This document shows, in pieces, positions 28,901 through 31,211 of a stretch of 31,211 bases of DNA. The number at the start of each line of letters is the position of its first letter. The first letter of the stretch is position 1. Source of the stretch: Thermoplasmata archaeon. Its GTDB lineage: Archaea; Thermoplasmatota; Thermoplasmata; GCA-020350865. The notes under the pieces are model-generated. The model was given only the letters and a program-made list of their open reading frames with translations, did not search any database and was not told where the DNA came from. The DNA lies in NCBI GenBank assembly GCA_020348445.1, contig CP070751.1, forward strand, positions 2,117,875 through 2,149,085, given 5' to 3'. A program made the translations under genes and the position numbers.

Positions 28901-31211
28901 TATGAGAGGATAACGGATCAACGTTCGCAATGCTCTCCAATGTCAATATGATGAGATCGTTGTTATCTCCATCTTTAATACCATCGCCATCTGTATCAGG
29001 ATTATTTGGATCAGGCTCGTTGGAATTTACATATCCATTCTGATTTGCATCCTCTTCGCCATCATCCAGTCCATCATCATCTGTGTCTGCGTCCAACGGA
29101 TCTGTCGTACTTGCTGTGTGTGTGTCTGCTCTATATACACTCGTATCGGTATGAAGACCTTGAGGTATTGCCAGTCCTATCTCAAGGCCGTCTAAGAGGT
29201 AATCTCCATCTGTATTGGCGTTATTTGGATCAGTCTCACCTCCAGACGTATAATCGCTTACAGTATCTGTACCTGCAATTACACCACCATCCCTCACTCC
29301 ATTGCGATTGGAATCCTCATTACCGTCAATTATTCCGTCATCGTCACTGTCATCATCTGTTGGATCGGTTGTTGTAGCTCCACTATCTCCATCAGCTACG
29401 AATTGCGATGAAACCGTGCCTGAGAGGGAGATAAATGGGTCCTTGTCAGGATCGTTATAAGGACTCTGGGGTGCCGATAATCCTCTCTCTAAACCGTCCT
29501 TCAAATAATCATTATCTGAATCAGGCTCCCACGAATTAATTGTTCCATCCCCATCACTGTCAGCATCTCTTTCATCTGCATCACCGTCCAATAGGCCGTC
29601 ATCATCGCTGTCCCAATCAAGAGGATTTGAACCACATGTTACCTCATCACCATCAAAAAAGTAATCATCGTCGGTATCTTCGTCTGTTGGGTCTGTGCCT
29701 GCATAGTACTCATTGATATTCAACAATGAATCGCCATCAGGATCTCCGCTTGCCCCGTACTGGCCGGTACCATCGTCAGGATCTAACTCAGGAAGGTAGT
29801 GATATTCCCACCCATCAGGCATACCGTCAGTATCACAGTCCCAGGTGTTTGCTTTTGCACCAGCTTCAGCTAGACTGTATCCCTCATCAATCCAATAAAA
29901 TACCTCCACACCGTCCCAGAAATTGTCATGGAAGCTGTCGTTATCTGTATCTTCATCAATTGGTATGGTATCTGCCCAGAATTCATAGATATTGTACAGA
30001 TCATCTCCGTCTGGATCACCCTCCGCACCATTTTCACCAGTAGGATCATATGGGTCCAAACCATATTGGATTTCCCAGCTATCAGGCATCCCGTCTCCAT
30101 CTGAATCTATAAGGACCTCGATCGTTGCATAATCGACACCATAATCAAGATCGTCATCGGTAACAGTCAATGTAACGGTATATGTTCCATCCCTAGTGTA
30201 ATAATGTATAGGATTTCTTAAATCAGATGTTGAGCCTTCACCGAAATCCCAGTGGTAGGTGAGATAAGGCTCATCAGAAGGTGTATCAAATCCGACGCCT
30301 GCAAATTGCAATGGAAAAACACCTGCAAATATAAATAGGTCAGGACCTGCATATGCAGTGGGAGCCACATTATTTACTGTCACCTCAACAACATCTGAAG
30401 CTGTGGCTAGATCGTCATCTTCCACTGTTAGTGTGACATAATATTTGCCTAAGCTTTCAAATCGATGCCATGCCGATTTTCCATTGCATGATGTTGGCTC
30501 GGCTATGTCGTCGAATTCCCAATTGTATTTAAGGATTGCAGAATCAGTTGAAGTATCGTCGCCAATGCCAGAAAAAGCAACCATATCGTCTTCATTTACT
30601 GTCATATCTAGTCCTGAATCGGCGGTGGGTGCATCATTATTAACTGTTACCGTCAATGTGTCTTGGGAAGTGATCCCATCATCATCTGTCACGATAAGGG
30701 TAACAATATAGAGCCCAGATTTTGAATAAACATGATTTGGACTTGGCCCACTTACGCTCGACCCGTCACCAAAGTCCCAAGAATATGTTAAACTTGAGAT
30801 ATCTGAAGCGGTGTCATACCCAGCTCCACTAAAAGAAATTGTTGTATCCTCTATAACTGAAATATCGCTTCCAGCATCTGCAGTTGGAGGAATATTTTCA
30901 ACCTTTATCGTGACATGATCCTTGGAATAATCACCATCGTCATCTGTTACAGTTAGGCAAACGGTGTATGCTCCAGACGTTGTGTAAACATGTGTGGGAT
31001 TTTCTCCAGAACCGGTATTGCCGTCCCCAAAATCCCATTCATAAACCAATGATGATTGATCAGATACTGTATCAAAACCTGTACCAATGAAATAAACTGT
31101 CTCATCCTCAAAAACACTTTGGATCCACCCTGCATTTGCTAATGGAGCAATATTTAAGACAGTTACATAGACTGTATAAGTTCCACTATCTCCATTGTCG
31201 TCTGTGACGGT
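25902..31211 (-). CDS. Giant extracellular protein (5' end off-window, >=1769 aa): PKD repeats, DxDxDG Ca-binding (TSP3/binary-toxin-like) repeats, C-terminal peptidase C13-like (clan CD) domain
   Basis: The frame is open from the window edge (TVTDDNGDSG...LVYEWDFGDG). At least four PKD units. Many DTDGDGxxDxWE...YGLDP repeats. C-terminal YAVLYVGG...FYDHG...GTCYCGGF with His at 26451-26453 and Cys at 26322-26324, 43 residues apart. Confidence 0.9.
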   Translation of the reverse strand, partial: TVTDDNGDSGTYTVYVTVLNIAPLANAGWIQSVFEDETVYFIGTGFDTVSDQSSLVYEWDFGDGNTGSGENPTHVYTTSGAYTVCLTVTDDDGDYSKDHVTIKVENIPPTADAGSDISVIEDTTISFSGAGYDTASDISSLTYSWDFGDGSSVSGPSPNHVYSKSGLYIVTLIVTDDDGITSQDTLTVTVNNDAPTADSGLDMTVNEDDMVAFSGIGDDTSTDSAILKYNWEFDDIAEPTSCNGKSAWHRFESLGKYYVTLTVEDDDLATASDVVEVTVNNVAPTAYAGPDLFIFAGVFPLQFAGVGFDTPSDEPYLTYHWDFGEGSTSDLRNPIHYYTRDGTYTVTLTVTDDDLDYGVDYATIEVLIDSDGDGMPDSWEIQYGLDPYDPTGENGAEGDPDGDDLYNIYEFWADTIPIDEDTDNDSFHDNFWDGVEVFYWIDEGYSLAEAGAKANTWDCDTDGMPDGWEYHYLPELDPDDGTGQYGASGDPDGDSLLNINEYYAGTDPTDEDTDDDYFFDGDEVTCGSNPLDWDSDDDGLLDGDADERDADSDGDGTINSWEPDSDNDYLKDGLERGLSAPQSPYNDPDKDPFISLSGTVSSQFVADGDSGATTTDPTDDDSDDDGIIDGNEDSNRNGVRDGGVIAGTDTVSDYTSGGETDPNNANTDGDYLLDGLEIGLAIPQGLHTDTSVYRADTHTASTTDPLDADTDDDGLDDGEEDANQNGYVNSNEPDPNNPDTDGDGIKDGDNNDLIILTLESIANVDPLSSHTFTLLINDGGSVPGYETSPHIISPASIKNNINEDIAVAFYIFNLPIQVKMDGVVIATLFVTTDGSGTVIEFPNSLLVSFSSRIEKYSFSDPNAVDMDQDADNDGIDDYPEVIYYSGRCRDFRYEDTDGDKNYVFETLIDGTTIYHNIIDPDSDNDEIPDGWEIYYDLDPLNYADAYEDPDYDDLVNKEEYLLGTHPFNWDTDTDYMQDGWEIRYGFKPLDQTDAANDPDKDGLTNLEEFQKVLHPKNSDTDGDGLWDGWHDDNNNGALDTTEVKGEKQHSTNPRKWDTDSDRLCDKDEVDGWYVTVVTSSTTTYHVTSDPLVKDTDGDGLSDFHEEQHSADPQKSDTDSDGLGDNDEVGKYNTDPSKSVTYTRSDTTVASFLDDVQSDAGGEFRDPPCPYAGGAVENVYIEEVKITAPAGANDPFSPTDPGWYEIFTAHVYQENTANTQVSITLKSYNDGNPTSIDNEDIFNNIELKDINGNTIDTNVDSSTDYKGEITVTSTNALAKGDYELFWETDFDDDASGVTSTLYITSNLPIVFVCPDPVLGTFPTEIIFQNTVETKYLYFRGHVHDGGYINNLKLDSTSTISTSTTSGNHLYEDSEFVFFLDPDTDVDLNDEESKVSVGQHTITFDWVVTHNLAEMQFHICTHGWKDPNQHDMDDDLLTDYEEGDVGTNPENPDTDGDAMLDGYEEECGVSNGGWQNPTVHNDRYAVLYVGGVRSGGNHPRYWNQLVDIYDVLLDDYRYTAQNVFVFYADGNTPDNNNCNNPGACNAINTHTTMIDDDATDATITTFLDTTLENTLTDPNDFLYVWFYDHGDDANVPDASVMCWGNGLLDDHEVEDWLADYTCARIAVTMGTCYCGGFIDPGLLSAGSTQAAGDVDANRNINDLAGDVLISMSQDYRVSHSQSTRGFVYHHQVALNPATGDVMLGTATYTNGAFSGVSPDSDGNGFVSLREAYIYAEANDDYTAANHATLDDRPQYWDSHATVGNLGSTTYL

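Overview
Archaeal chromosomal window (rpl40e, rfcS, mfnA, archaeal TATA/BRE and SD signals). The style of the secreted proteins suggests an uncultured Thermoplasmata, but that is an inference. About 85% of the window encodes secreted or surface proteins. These are two paralogous giant modular proteins (PQQ-type propeller, PKD backbone, LamG, vWA, SBBP propellers; the copy at 1-5270 runs off the left edge and is absent from the ORF track), a phage-fibre-like protein with a signal peptide, a frameshifted membrane protein with a Zn-ribbon tail, an FG-GAP propeller protein, a membrane-anchored Ig-like protein, and a >1769 aa PKD/Ca-binding-repeat protein ending in a legumain-like (C13, clan CD) protease domain that runs off the right edge. 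A housekeeping island (mfnA, atypical kinase-like gene, rpl40e, rfcS) and a decayed IS-like Zn-ribbon/HTH gene preceded by five 18-bp direct repeats sit in the middle. The most notable signal is the paralog pair: near-identical conserved arms alternate with divergent, partly blade-shuffled propellers, most accessory domains are inserted inside PKD loops, and both copies keep the same promoter. This may be a diversifying surface-binding system. No CRISPR array, tRNA, rRNA, reverse transcriptase, recombinase or intact transposase was seen.
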